DNA of 64,000 bases, taken from NCBI GenBank assembly GCA_963709635.1, contig CAVPXA010000002.1:6858-70857 (forward strand). Direction: 5' to 3'. The notes beneath the pieces are model-generated. The model was not told the origin of the DNA. It saw only the letters and a program-made list of their open reading frames with translations, and did not search any database. Position numbers and translations under genes: made by a program. This stretch comes from an uncultured Thermoleophilia bacterium. Lineage in GTDB: Bacteria; Actinomycetota; Thermoleophilia; UBA2241. Shown here piece by piece: positions 22,674-31,850 of the stretch (within the stretch, counting starts at the first letter, position 1; every line of letters starts with the position of its first letter).

Positions 22674-22851
22674 GGCGGTAGTGTACCGCAACGACGAGCT
22701 GATTGACCGCGCGCGCGCGAGGCCGTACGCTTGATGCTGGCCCGGCGCCGAGCCTCGGCAGGCGACCGGGACATCGCCTGTGCTGCACAGGCCTTGCGGC
22801 AGGCGCGGTACCTCCCCCACCGGGCGGACCGCAGCCGGAGAGGTCGGAGGC

Positions 22852-23806
22852 TTGACCATCGACGCCTATCGCTTCTGCGTCGTCGGTCCCGGACGTCTGG
22901 GATCGACCGTGCTCGCGGGCCTGCTCGAGGCACACCTCACCGTCTCCGCCGTCGGCGTTCACGCGGACGACGACACCAGCCTCTTCGACTTCGTCCCGCA
23001 CGTACGCGTGCGCGACGCGGCGCTCGAGGCCGACGCCTGGTGGCTGGCCGTCCCCGACGACGAGATCTACACCGTCGCCGGGCGGCTGGCCGAGTCGCTG
23101 CCGGCGGTCCGCCGGCCGGGCGCGCCGCAGCCGCTCGCCATCCACTCGAGCGGCCTCGGGTCGGTGCACCTGCTCAAGCCCCTCTACGAACAGGGCGTGC
23201 GCGTCCTGTGCCTGCACCCGCTGCAGACGTTCGCCGGCGAGCCCAGGGCCGAACTGCTGCAGCGACGTCCCGTGCGCCGTCACGGCGCTGGAGGAGCGTG
23301 ACCTGCAGCTCGGCGAGGAGCTCGCCGCCCGGCTGGGCATGCGGCCATTCCGGCTGGCCGACGAGCAGAAGACGCTGTACCACCTCGCGGCCGTCGTCGG
23401 CTGCAACCTGCTGGTCGCGCTCGAGAGCGAGGCCAAGCGCCTGATGGACGAGGCCACGGGCGACTCCCGCGGGCTCGACCACCTGGGCGCGCTGCTGCGG
23501 ACGACCATGGAGAACCTGCTGCGGAGCGGCGAGCCGGCGTTCGCGCTCACCGGGCCGGTCGCCCGCGGCGACATCGGCACGGTGCGCGCGCACCTCCGGC
23601 TGCTCGACCGCGAGAGCCCGCGGCTGGCGCGCACGTACCGGGCGCTGAGCCTGGAGGCCCTCACCCTGGCGGCGCCGCGGCTCGACGACGAGCAGGTGAC
23701 GACCCTGCAGGGGCTGCTCGGGGCCGGGGACGCCGGCTCCGCCGGCCCGGCCGGCCCCGAGGGGGCCGCGCCCACCGGCGGCCACTGGGCGGGGGGCCAG
23801 CCGTGA
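22852..23806 (+). CDS. Rossmann-like/DUF2520 domain protein found upstream of panC (frameshifted as sequenced)
   Basis: ORF 22780..23301 (FCVVGPGRLGSTVL...CLHPLQTFAG) continues in ORF 23339..23806 via ...AELLQ/DVPCAVTALEERDLQLGEELAARLGMRPFRLADEQKTLYHLAAV. The break is near 23261-23264. TTG start at 22852. The stop overlaps the panC GTG. Length is 3n+1. Confidence 0.75.
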
Positions 23807-24705
23807 TCGTCGCCCGGACCATCGCGGAGGCGCGGGCGGCGCTGCGCGAGCTCCCGCGCCCCCTCGGCTTCACGCCGACCATGGGCGCCCTCCACGCCGG
23901 GCACCTCAGCCTCGTGGAGGCGGCGAAGGCGCGCTGCGCGAGCGTCGCCGCCTCCGTCTTCGTCAACCCCACGCAGTTCGGCCGCGGCGAGGACTTCGAC
24001 GCCTACCCCCGCGACGAGGCCCGCGACCTGCGCCTCCTTGAGGAGGCGGGCGTCGCGGTCGTCTTCGCGCCCGAGGCCGACGAGATGTACCCGGAGGGCT
24101 TCGCCACGAGCGTCCACGTCGGCGGCCCGCTCACCGAGAGCCTCGAGGGCGCCTCGCGCCCGGACCACTTCGACGGCGTCGCCGTCGTCGTCACCAAGCT
24201 GCTCGGCGTGGTGCAGCCCGACGTGCTGTTCCTCGGCGAGAAGGACGCGCAGCAACTCGCCGTCGTGCGCCGGTTCGTGCGCGACCTCGACCTGCCGGTC
24301 GAGGTGGCCGGCGTGCCGACGCTGCGCGAGCCGGACGGTCTCGCCATGAGCTCGCGCAACGTCTACCTCACGGCGGGCCAGCGCGCGCTGGCGCCGGACC
24401 TCTACCGCGCGCTGCTCGCCGGCGCCGCCGCGGCGGGCAAGCCCGGCGCGGCCGCCAAGGACGTCGTCGTGGCGGCCACCAGCGCCCTGCTCCTCCCCGC
24501 CGGCGGCCTCGACCCCGACGCCGTGGACGAGGCGCTCGCCCGCCCGCGCTTCAAGCTCGACTACATCGCCGTCGTGGACGAGGACTCCTTCGTCCCCGAG
24601 GGCGATCTGGGGCCGCGCTCCCGTCTCGTCGTCGCGGCCTTCCTCGGCTCCACCCGCCTCATCGACACCGTCTCGGTCGCCGTCGGCGGCCCACCAGCAC
24701 AGTGA
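23803..24705 (+). CDS. panC: Pantoate--beta-alanine ligase
   Basis: 300 aa with PTMGALHAGHLSL, VSVFVNPTQF-like SVFVNPTQFG, and GEKDAQQL. Confidence 0.95.
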   Translation: MIVARTIAEARAALRELPRPLGFTPTMGALHAGHLSLVEAAKARCASVAASVFVNPTQFGRGEDFDAYPRDEARDLRLLEEAGVAVVFAPEADEMYPEGFATSVHVGGPLTESLEGASRPDHFDGVAVVVTKLLGVVQPDVLFLGEKDAQQLAVVRRFVRDLDLPVEVAGVPTLREPDGLAMSSRNVYLTAGQRALAPDLYRALLAGAAAAGKPGAAAKDVVVAATSALLLPAGGLDPDAVDEALARPRFKLDYIAVVDEDSFVPEGDLGPRSRLVVAAFLGSTRLIDTVSVAVGGPPAQ

Positions 24706-24758
24706 CCCCCCAGCGCGTACCCCGTCCAGGACGCGACCAGCACGGAAGGAAGGACATC

Positions 24759-25232
24759 GTGAACCCAGTCGTCACCCCAGTCACCGCAGAGCCCAAGGTC
24801 TGCGAGGGCCTCCTCCGCGTCGTCACCGGCGCCGTGGAGTTCTCCAGCCGTGGCAATGCCGACATCATCCGGATCACGGACGAGGTGCGCGAGCGCGTCG
24901 CCGAGAGCGGTGTGCGGAGCGGCACCGTCACCGTGTTCGCCCCGGGCGCGACCGGCGCGATCACGACCATCGAGTACGAGCCCGGCGTCATCGAAGACGT
25001 GCAGGACGTGCTCGAGACCCTCACGCCGAGCGACCGCCTGTGGCAGCACAACATCAACAACGGCGACGGCAACGGGCACTCGCACATCCGCGCCGCGCTG
25101 GTCGGCCCGTCGGTGACCATCCCGGTCGTGGACGGCCGCCTCACGCTGGGCACCTGGCAGGAGATCGCCTTCTGCGACTTCGACGCGCGCCCGCGCGAGC
25201 GCAGCGTCGTGGTGCAGGTGATGGGCGTATGA
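24759..25232 (+). CDS. YjbQ/UPF0047 family protein (secondary thiamine-phosphate synthase)
   Basis: GTG 24759 follows GGAAGGAAGG. Conserved blocks: ITDEVRE...GTVTVFAPGATGAITTIEYEPG...NGHSHIRAALVGPSVTIPVVDGRLTLGTWQEI. Confidence 0.85.
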   Translation: MNPVVTPVTAEPKVCEGLLRVVTGAVEFSSRGNADIIRITDEVRERVAESGVRSGTVTVFAPGATGAITTIEYEPGVIEDVQDVLETLTPSDRLWQHNINNGDGNGHSHIRAALVGPSVTIPVVDGRLTLGTWQEIAFCDFDARPRERSVVVQVMGV

Positions 25233-26525
25233 GCGGGCGCACGCTCGTCCAGGTCGCGCTCGACTTCGTCGACCTGCCGCGCGCGCTGGAGGTCGCCCGC
25301 GAGGCGGTCGCCGGCGGCGCCGACTGGGTGGAGGCCGGCACGCCGCTCATCAAGGCCGAGGGCCTGAACGCCGTCAGGGCGCTGAAGGCCGAGTTCCCCG
25401 ACAAGGTCATCGTCGCCGACATGAAGACGATGGACGCCGGCCGCACGGAGGTGGAGTACGCGGCCAAGGCCGGCGCCGGCGTGGTCGGCGTGCTCGGCGC
25501 CGCCAGCGACAGCACCATCAAGGAGTGCGCCGAGGCGGCGCGCAACTACGGCTGCAAGCTCATCGTCGACATGATCGAGGTCGCCGATCCCGTCGCGCGC
25601 GCGAATGCGCGCGCAGGAGCTCGGCGCCGACTACATCGGCATCCACACGGCGATCGACCAGCAGATGCGCGGCGAGGCCCCGTTCGACACCCTGAAGGCC
25701 GTCGCCGAAGCCGTCGACATCCCCGTCTCGGTGGCCGGCGGCATCAACAGCGAGACGGCCGCCGCGGCGGTCGAGGCGGGCGCCGCGATCGTCGTCGTCG
25801 GCGGCGCGATCATCAAGTCGGCCGACGCGGCGGCCGCGGCCGCGGAGATCCGCCGCGCCGTCGACGAGGGCGTCTGCATCGAGACCACCCTGTACAAACG
25901 CGCCGGCGAGGCCGACATCCGCACCGCGCTCGAGCAGGTCTCGACGGCCAACATCAGCGACGCCTGGCACCGGCAGCCGAGCCTGCCGGGCATCCGGCCG
26001 CTGCTGCCGGGCGCGCACATGTGCGGCCCGGCCGTCACCGTCCGCACCTACGCCGGCGACTGGGCCAAGCCGGTCGAGGCCATCGACGTCTGCAGGCCGG
26101 GCGACGTGCTCGTCGTCGACGCCTGCGACGCCACGCCGGCCATGTGGGGCGAGCTGGCCACGCACAGCGCGATGGTCAAGGGCATCGCCGGGCTGGTGGT
26201 GTGGGGCGCGATCCGCGACACGCCGGAGATCGCGCGCCTCGGGTTCCCCGCCTTCAGCAGCAAGGTCTGCGCCAACGCCGGCGAGCCCAAGGGCTTCGGC
26301 GAGATCAACGTCGGCATCACGGTCGCCGGTCAGACGGTGCGCCCGGGTGACTGGATCGTCGGTGACGACGACGGCGTCATGGTGCTGCCAAAGGAGCAGG
26401 CCGTGGAGCTCGCCAACCGCGCCATGGACGTGCTCGAGAAGGAGAACCGGATGCGCGGCGAGATCGACGCCGGCAAGACGCTCGCCGAGGTCGCCTACCT
26501 GCAGAAGTGGGAGAAGAAGAGCTAG
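25229..26525 (+). CDS. Bifunctional 3-hexulose-6-phosphate synthase (OMP-decarboxylase fold) / RraA-family domain protein (frameshifted as sequenced)
   Basis: N-terminal half MSGRTLVQVALDFVDL...VIVADMKTMDAG... (in ORF 25040..26350) joins ORF 25605..26525 (QELGADYIGIHTAID...VAGGINSET...). This is followed by an RraA-like half (ANISDAW...GELATHSAMVKGIAGLVVWGAIRD...). The break is near 25601-25605. ATGA overlap with yjbQ. Length is 3n+1. Confidence 0.8.
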
Positions 26526-26550
26526 GAGCAGAACAGCGCCCCGGAACGAC

Positions 26551-26597
26551 GAAAGGGCGCGGCGGGCGGCCGGAAGAGCCGCCCGCCGCGCCCTTTC
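26551..26597. terminator. Bidirectional intrinsic terminator between convergent genes
   Basis: Perfect ~20-bp stem GAAAGGGCGCGGCGGGCGGC-cggaaga-GCCGCCCGCCGCGCCCTTTC with flanking A/T runs. Confidence 0.8.
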
Positions 26598-26605
26598 TCA
26601 CGTCG

Positions 26606-27694
26606 TCACTTGACCGTCGTCCAGCTGGATCCGCCGTTGGCGGTCTTGAGGACCGTCGCGGCCTTGCCGGCGGAGGTGCGGCCTACGGCGTAGCCGGTCG
26701 CGCCGGCAAGGTCCACCGCGTACAGGCTCTTCGCGAGCGGCGCGGAGACGGCGCTCCAGGAGGTGCCGCCGTTGGAGGTCTTGAGGACGGCGGCTGCGCC
26801 GGTGCCGACGACGAGCCCCGCGGTGGCGCTGGAGAGGCACACGCCGCGCAGCTGGGTCGGCCCCGTGCGCGGCCCGGCCACGTACTTCCAGGCGGCGCCG
26901 GCCGTCGTGCTCGAGAACGCGAACGGGGTGGGCGGCAGGAGCTCGCAGTAGTCGCCGACGACGACCGCCGCGGCGGAGGTCTTGGAGGCGAACATGGCCG
27001 CGCCGCCCACCTCGCCGGTGGCGCCGACCGCCGGCCGCAGCAGCGCCGGAGCGGTCCAGGTGGCGCCGTCGGTGGTGCGCACGGCCGCCGGAGCGTTCGA
27101 GCCGGTCGCGCCGGAGCCCACACGCTGGATGCCGGCGCAGATCGCGCTCGTGGCGCTCACGGCGTCGAGCGCGATGGGGCACCAGCCCGCCGAGACGGCG
27201 GCCGCCTGCCACGTCACACCGCCGTCGGTCGTACGCAGTATCGCGCCCGCCGGCGTCCCCTGGAACGTCCCCGCGGCGACGCCGCCCGCGATCCAGCCGT
27301 TCTTCTAGTCGACGAACTTGACGGCCGAGTAGGCGTACGAGGCGTCGAACGCGCTCGAGAAGACCTTGATCCACGTCTTGCCGTCGGTGGTCCGCAGCAC
27401 AGCGCCACCGGTACCGACCGCCCAGCCTGTCTTGCCATCGCTCAGCACGCAGACGTCCAGCAGCGTCGCCCCACCGGGTGTGGTCGTCTGGGTCTGCCAG
27501 GTCTTGCCGGCGGTGACCGTGCTCAGCACGGTGGCGTCGGATCCCACGACCCACCCGCTGCTTGCGCCGATGAAGTCCACCCCGAAGTACCCGGGGACGG
27601 CTGCTGCGGCCAGCCCGGGGAGCGCGAGCAGCGCGGCGACCACGATCGCGGCGAGGATGGCGGCCACTCCGGACCGGCATACGCGTGGGGTCAT
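26606..27694 (-). pseudogene. Secreted Ycf48/BNR-like beta-propeller protein with an in-frame TAG (27305-27307)
   Basis: ORF 27305..27808 (signal peptide MTPRVCRSGVAAILAAIVVAALLALPGLAAA, then LRTTDGKTW) and ORF 26606..27217 (ILRTTDGGVTW, VRTTDGATW, LKTSNGGTSW, LKTANGGSSW) are in the same frame. Only a TAG separates them, within KFVD*KNGWIAG. The paralog has KFVSATTGWVCG at that point. Confidence 0.8.
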
Positions 27695-27737
27695 GCGCTT
27701 TGCTCCTCTCTGAGCAGGCCGAACACTGGACGCCGGG

Positions 27738-28820
27738 CTACTTGACCCGCGTCCAGGTCCGCCCGCCGTTGGTCGTGCGGATGACGAGCGGCTTCTGCGT
27801 GGCCACATGCAGCCCGGCAGCGTACCCGGTGGTCCTGCTCACGAAGTCCACCGCAAGAAGCTCGCGGCCGTAGGGGGTGCTCCTGACGCGCCATGTCTCG
27901 CCGCCGTCGGTCGTCTTGAGCACCGAAGGCGCATCCAGGCCCACCGCGTAGCCCACGGTGCCGCTCGCCATCTTCACCCCGGTGAGCTGCCGGGGACCGA
28001 CGGGGGGCATGACCAGGCCCCACACGCCGCCGTGGTCCGCGCTCGTGAAGCCCCAGGTCAGCGGATGGTCGGTGAACGCCCCGACGACCACCATGCGGCC
28101 TCCAGACTGGTCGAAGTCCCCGACCTCGACGGAGCCGGGGAGCAGAGTCCACACCTGAGCCTCGGTGCCCCAGGTCTCCCCGTCGAACGTCTGCACGCAG
28201 CCGGGGTGGTTGGACCGCCTGCCCTCCTCCGCGCCCAGGCGCTGGACGCCCCAGCAGGTGGCCGAGTACGCACTGGAGGCGTCGAGAGCGACGGGACACC
28301 AGCCGCTGAACGTCGCGGCCGGAGCCGACCAGGTACGGCCGCCGTCGGTGCTCCTCCAGATGCCGCCCCACGGCATATCGGCGACGTACGCCGAGGGCGC
28401 CTGCCCGCCGCAGACCCAGCCCGTCGTCGCGGAGACGAACTTCACCGAGGTGAGGTCCGCTCCCGGGTCCGGGACGCTGAACCCGGTCACTTTGCGCCAG
28501 GTGCGGCCGTTGGTCGTGCGGTACACAGCGCCGCCGCTGCCCACCGCCCAGCCGTGGCGGCCGTCCCGCAGCATGCAGATGTCGGCGAGCAGCGGACCGC
28601 GCCGCTGGTAGTTCTGGCGGGTCCACGTCTTGCCGCCGTCGGTGGTGCGGACGATCGTCGCATTGCGCCCGACCGCCCACCCCTTCGTGGCCGAGATGAA
28701 GTCGACGCCGCGATATGCGGCGTTGACGGCCCGCGCGTCGGCGGCGCCCGCCATTTGCGCCGCCGCGACCAGCAGCAGGAACGCGGCAGACATGGTCAGC
28801 GCTCGAACGGATGTCCTCAT
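27738..28820 (-). CDS. Secreted Ycf48/BNR-like beta-propeller protein (paralog)
   Basis: ORF 27738..28931 trimmed to MRTSVRALTMSAAFLLLVAAAQMAGA. It contains repeated [ST]-[TS]-[DN]-G-G-x-T-W blades: VRTTDGGKTW, YRTTNGRTW, WRSTDGGRTW, LKTTDGGETW, IRTTNGGRTW. Confidence 0.85.
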   Translation of the reverse strand: MRTSVRALTMSAAFLLLVAAAQMAGAADARAVNAAYRGVDFISATKGWAVGRNATIVRTTDGGKTWTRQNYQRRGPLLADICMLRDGRHGWAVGSGGAVYRTTNGRTWRKVTGFSVPDPGADLTSVKFVSATTGWVCGGQAPSAYVADMPWGGIWRSTDGGRTWSAPAATFSGWCPVALDASSAYSATCWGVQRLGAEEGRRSNHPGCVQTFDGETWGTEAQVWTLLPGSVEVGDFDQSGGRMVVVGAFTDHPLTWGFTSADHGGVWGLVMPPVGPRQLTGVKMASGTVGYAVGLDAPSVLKTTDGGETWRVRSTPYGRELLAVDFVSRTTGYAAGLHVATQKPLVIRTTNGGRTWTRVK

Positions 28821-29036
28821 GGCCTTCACTCCCCTCCGGTGAGCCTCCGGATCGCACCCGGCTCGGTCAGGTGCGGCGCGGCGTCCCGAGCCGCCGCTCT
28901 CCAGTCGTTCTGGTATCGGCGCGCGGCACACCGTTCGCGACTGGCGAGACGCGTGACAGCGCGAGGACGCGGGTTGCGAGCCGTGAGGATCAGGTGAGGT
29001 CCGGCCGGGGCGCGCCGACGGCGGAGAGCGGTCGCG

Positions 29037-29645
29037 TCAGCGCGCGCGGCGCGCGTACCAGTTGAACTGCAGGCTGGTGCCGGCCTGCTGGAAGCGGTCG
29101 TCCATGCTCGGCCCGCCCTCGGGGAAGAGGACGGCGAAGGAGTAGGTCCTCGTCTCCCTGGGTCTGAACACGCCGAGCTTGAGCATCGGCATCTGACGCA
29201 GGGGGCCGGTGTAGACCAGCTGCGGGCGGCGGCGCGCGGAGAGCCGCTTCACCGTGAGGACGAGACGGTACGAGAGGCGCCCGCCGCCCGTGCCCGGGGT
29301 CTCGAGGAGCTTGGAGAGGCCCAGGTAGAAGCGGGCGCGCACGCGGCCGGCGTTGCCGATCTTGACCGTGCCGGTCGTGCTGTCGCCGGGCAGCATGCCC
29401 TGCATGCCGACGAGGGCGTCGCCGCCCTTGCTGTTCTTGATGCGCACGCGGCCGCTGCGAGCGAGCTCGCGGAAGGCGTCGTCGTCCGTCGGCTTGACCG
29501 CCGCGTAGGCGACGGTGCCGAGCAGCACGAGGATGACGGCCGCTGCCGCCGCCACGGCAAGGCCGCGGCGGCCGAGGCGGCCACGTCCGATTCCGCGAGG
29601 GTGTCTGCCCTGTGTGTCCGTCGTTCCTCTCTCTGTCTTCTGCAT
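29037..29645 (-). CDS. TasA/camelysin-like (SipW-associated) secreted protein
   Basis: N-terminal TM/signal AVAAAAAVILVLLGTVAYA, then LPGDSTTGTVKIGNAG...SYRLVLTV...RTYSFAVLFPEGG...QQAGTSLQFNWYA. The layout matches TasA-family proteins, and the gene is adjacent to sipW. Confidence 0.55.
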   Translation of the reverse strand: MQKTERGTTDTQGRHPRGIGRGRLGRRGLAVAAAAAVILVLLGTVAYAAVKPTDDDAFRELARSGRVRIKNSKGGDALVGMQGMLPGDSTTGTVKIGNAGRVRARFYLGLSKLLETPGTGGGRLSYRLVLTVKRLSARRRPQLVYTGPLRQMPMLKLGVFRPRETRTYSFAVLFPEGGPSMDDRFQQAGTSLQFNWYARRAR

Positions 29646-30085
29646 GCTTGCCCGCACGCGCACGAGAGCGTACCGCGTCGCGAGCGGCGCGTAGTCTGGT
29701 TATCGGCAGTCAAGAGCGAAACCGTAGCCTTCTCTGGCAATGGAGCCGCCCCGCCGGATGAGCGTGCCGACGAGGCGACATTCTGCGATCGGTGTGAGCC
29801 GGGCGAGCGGCCCGGCCCGGACGGCGGCGAAGTCAGCCGGTCGACGCCGCCGTCCGGTCGAGCTCGATGGAGACGGGAGGCCAGGCGAGGTGGGCGCCGG
29901 GTCCCGTCTCTCCCCGTGAGGCACTGAGGGGGTGATGCACGCAGGCATCTGCCATGTGCAGAGCATCGGGCCTGGCTTTCCCACGGCCAATGAGGAAATG
30001 AGGACGAGGGTGGGGGGAGGCAGCCCGGGAGTGGGCGCCGGCGACGGTGTGCGGTCGTCCTCGGGGCCCGGAAGACCCCGGGGCC

Positions 30086-30646
30086 TCAAGCCCTCCCGGT
30101 GGCGTCGTGCGGGAGCCCGTCGTCCTCGATCTGCCGGGCGACCTGCTCGCCGGCCTCGCGCCACAGCGACCAGAGGAGCGAAAGCGCGATGAGGATGGCG
30201 GGGAGGCCGATCAGCGCGATGCGCACCGTGCGCATGCTGAGCGCCGCGAGCACATACCCGAGCAGCGGTACGTGGAAGGAGTAGCGCGCCTGCACCGGCT
30301 CGTTCAGGGTGATGGGGTTCCAGGGGTCTTCGGTCTCGTTGAAGTCGCCCTTGGTGCGGAACGCCGGCTGGCCCTCGGGGCCGGTCTCGACGGCGATGAT
30401 GCGGTGCGTGACGGCGCCGGACATGCCGGGCGGGGTGAAGGTGATGATGTCGCCGGTCTCGAGCTGGGCGAGCGGCGTGATGCGCGAGTAGATGACCGAG
30501 CCCTTGGGGATGGTGCCGGTCATCGAGCCGCCGGTGATCACGTAGCGCTGCAGGCCGAGCAGGCCCGGCAGGAGGATCGCGGCGACGGCGAAGACGAGCG
30601 CCGCGACGCAGAGAGCCGTGACCAGGCGGCCGAGGTGGCGCTTCAT
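30086..30646 (-). CDS. sipW: Signal peptidase I, SipW (archaeal/ER) type
   Basis: 186 aa with an N-terminal TM, the catalytic Ser block VITGGSMTGTIPKGS, ITFTPP, AVTHRI, FRTKGDFN and a C-terminal TM. Confidence 0.85.
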   Translation of the reverse strand: MKRHLGRLVTALCVAALVFAVAAILLPGLLGLQRYVITGGSMTGTIPKGSVIYSRITPLAQLETGDIITFTPPGMSGAVTHRIIAVETGPEGQPAFRTKGDFNETEDPWNPITLNEPVQARYSFHVPLLGYVLAALSMRTVRIALIGLPAILIALSLLWSLWREAGEQVARQIEDDGLPHDATGRA

Positions 30647-30831
30647 CGCGGCGCCCCCTGCCTGAGCCGCCGCCGTGCGTCACGCAGACGACTCGAGACG
30701 GCGCGTGCGCCGGAGACGACCAGGCCACGACCGCCGCGGACGACGAGAGGGCCGTGCGGGCCTTCGTCTTCGTCGGGTGGTTCGTGGTCACGTGGGAGCT
30801 CCTTGTCGGGTCGTCTCGGGGGCGGAAGAGC

Positions 30832-30873
30832 GAGGGGGCGGGGCTAGGCCGTGTGGCCCGGCCCCGCCCCCTC
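30832..30873 (-). terminator. Hairpin downstream of the decayed TasA-like gene
   Basis: Perfect 13-bp stem GAGGGGGCGGGGC ... GCCCCGCCCCCTC, 21 nt past the stop at 30895. Confidence 0.5.
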
Positions 30874-30894
30874 GGATCAGAGTCAGGTCAGGGA

Positions 30895-31512
30895 TCAGTC
30901 GCTGACAGCCGCCCAGTCGAACTGGATGCTCATGTTCGCACCCTGATAGGCGTTGTCACCCGTGGAGCGTACGAGGCACGCCGGGTCGGGGAAGGTGACC
31001 GTGAAGCTGAACGTCGTTGGCCGTCGCCGGCGCGCCAGAGCGAGGCCGCCGTTCAGGTCGAGGCGTTCGCGGGGACGGCGTCGAGCTTGCCGGCGTAGAC
31101 CACATAGCCGGTGGTGGTCTTCATGATGACGCACGTCGAGCTGCAGCGACAGAGACTGCACCGCCGTCACGCCTGGCCGGGCTGACCAGATGCTGGTCGA
31201 AGCGCGACCCTGACGGTACCATGTCGTCCAACGTTGGTGATGGCGCGGTGCCCGTCGCGGAGTCGCCCGGCGCCATCTTGCTCGATCGAGTCGACCGTGC
31301 TGAAGATCGGCATTGTGGGCGCGTGCCGTCGGGCCATCTGGAGTTGCCGATGTCATGAGGGCACCGGCACTGAACACGTTGCCGGGGTTGGCCGAAGTGG
31401 CCGTGAAGCTGGCGCTCGACGCGACGAGTGCGGCGGCGGTGAGCACCAGGATGGCGAGCGTGGCGAGGACCATGATCCTCCGCTGGCCGAACAGGACCTT
31501 CATGCGCTTCAT
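30895..31512 (-). pseudogene. TasA/CalY-like protein gene, heavily frame-scrambled
   Basis: Intact ends: MKRMKVLFGQRRIMVLATLAILVLTAAALVASSASFTATSANPGNVFSAGAL at the N-terminus and TTFSFTVTFPDP...GDNAYQGANMSIQFDWAAVSD at the C-terminus. The interior family-like segments (DIGNS, KMAPGDSATGT, AITNVG, VIMKTTTGYVVYAGKLDAVPANA, LDLNGGLALA) lie in all three frames, so there are at least six frame changes in ~450 nt. Confidence 0.7.
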
Positions 31513-31850
31513 TTCTTCTATCCTCCGTGTGCCTCACTCGCGCCTTGCGAGTGCCACTTCGGCCCGGCCCCCCGGAGAGTGCGGGGCCGATCCCTTGCCG
31601 GTCTTGCGGGGTGACTCTCCTGGTGTCGCCTTGATGGGCAACAACCCGCAGCGGGAGCATGTATCGGCAGGGATACCTAGGCCTTTAGCCCTTTTCTGGG
31701 CTCGGCTAGACGGATGTACTAGGTATCCGTACCTAGATGCCTGGGTACCAGCCGGGAAAAGTGCTGCGCTTTGCAGGACGAAGATGGGCGGAGCATCGAA
31801 GACGGCCTGGATCGCGGACGACGGGGGCGGAGGCCTGGAGGGACGGGTGC

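Noticed and set aside
27305-27307. In-frame TAG as a pyrrolysine or programmed read-through codon, prompted by the nearby methyltransferase-like gene at 5641.
   Set aside because: No pyl genes or PYLIS-like context are present in the window. The host gene is a secreted beta-propeller, not a methylamine methyltransferase. A plain nonsense substitution or base-call error is simpler.
30647-30791. GTG-initiated ORF with a good AAGGAG RBS upstream of sipW (MTTNHPTKTKARTALSS…).
   Set aside because: It runs out of frame into sipW with no stop and its composition becomes Arg/Pro-rich. A TGA lies 33 nt upstream of the sipW ATG in the sipW frame, so it is not an N-terminal extension. It may be a leader peptide, but this is unsupported.
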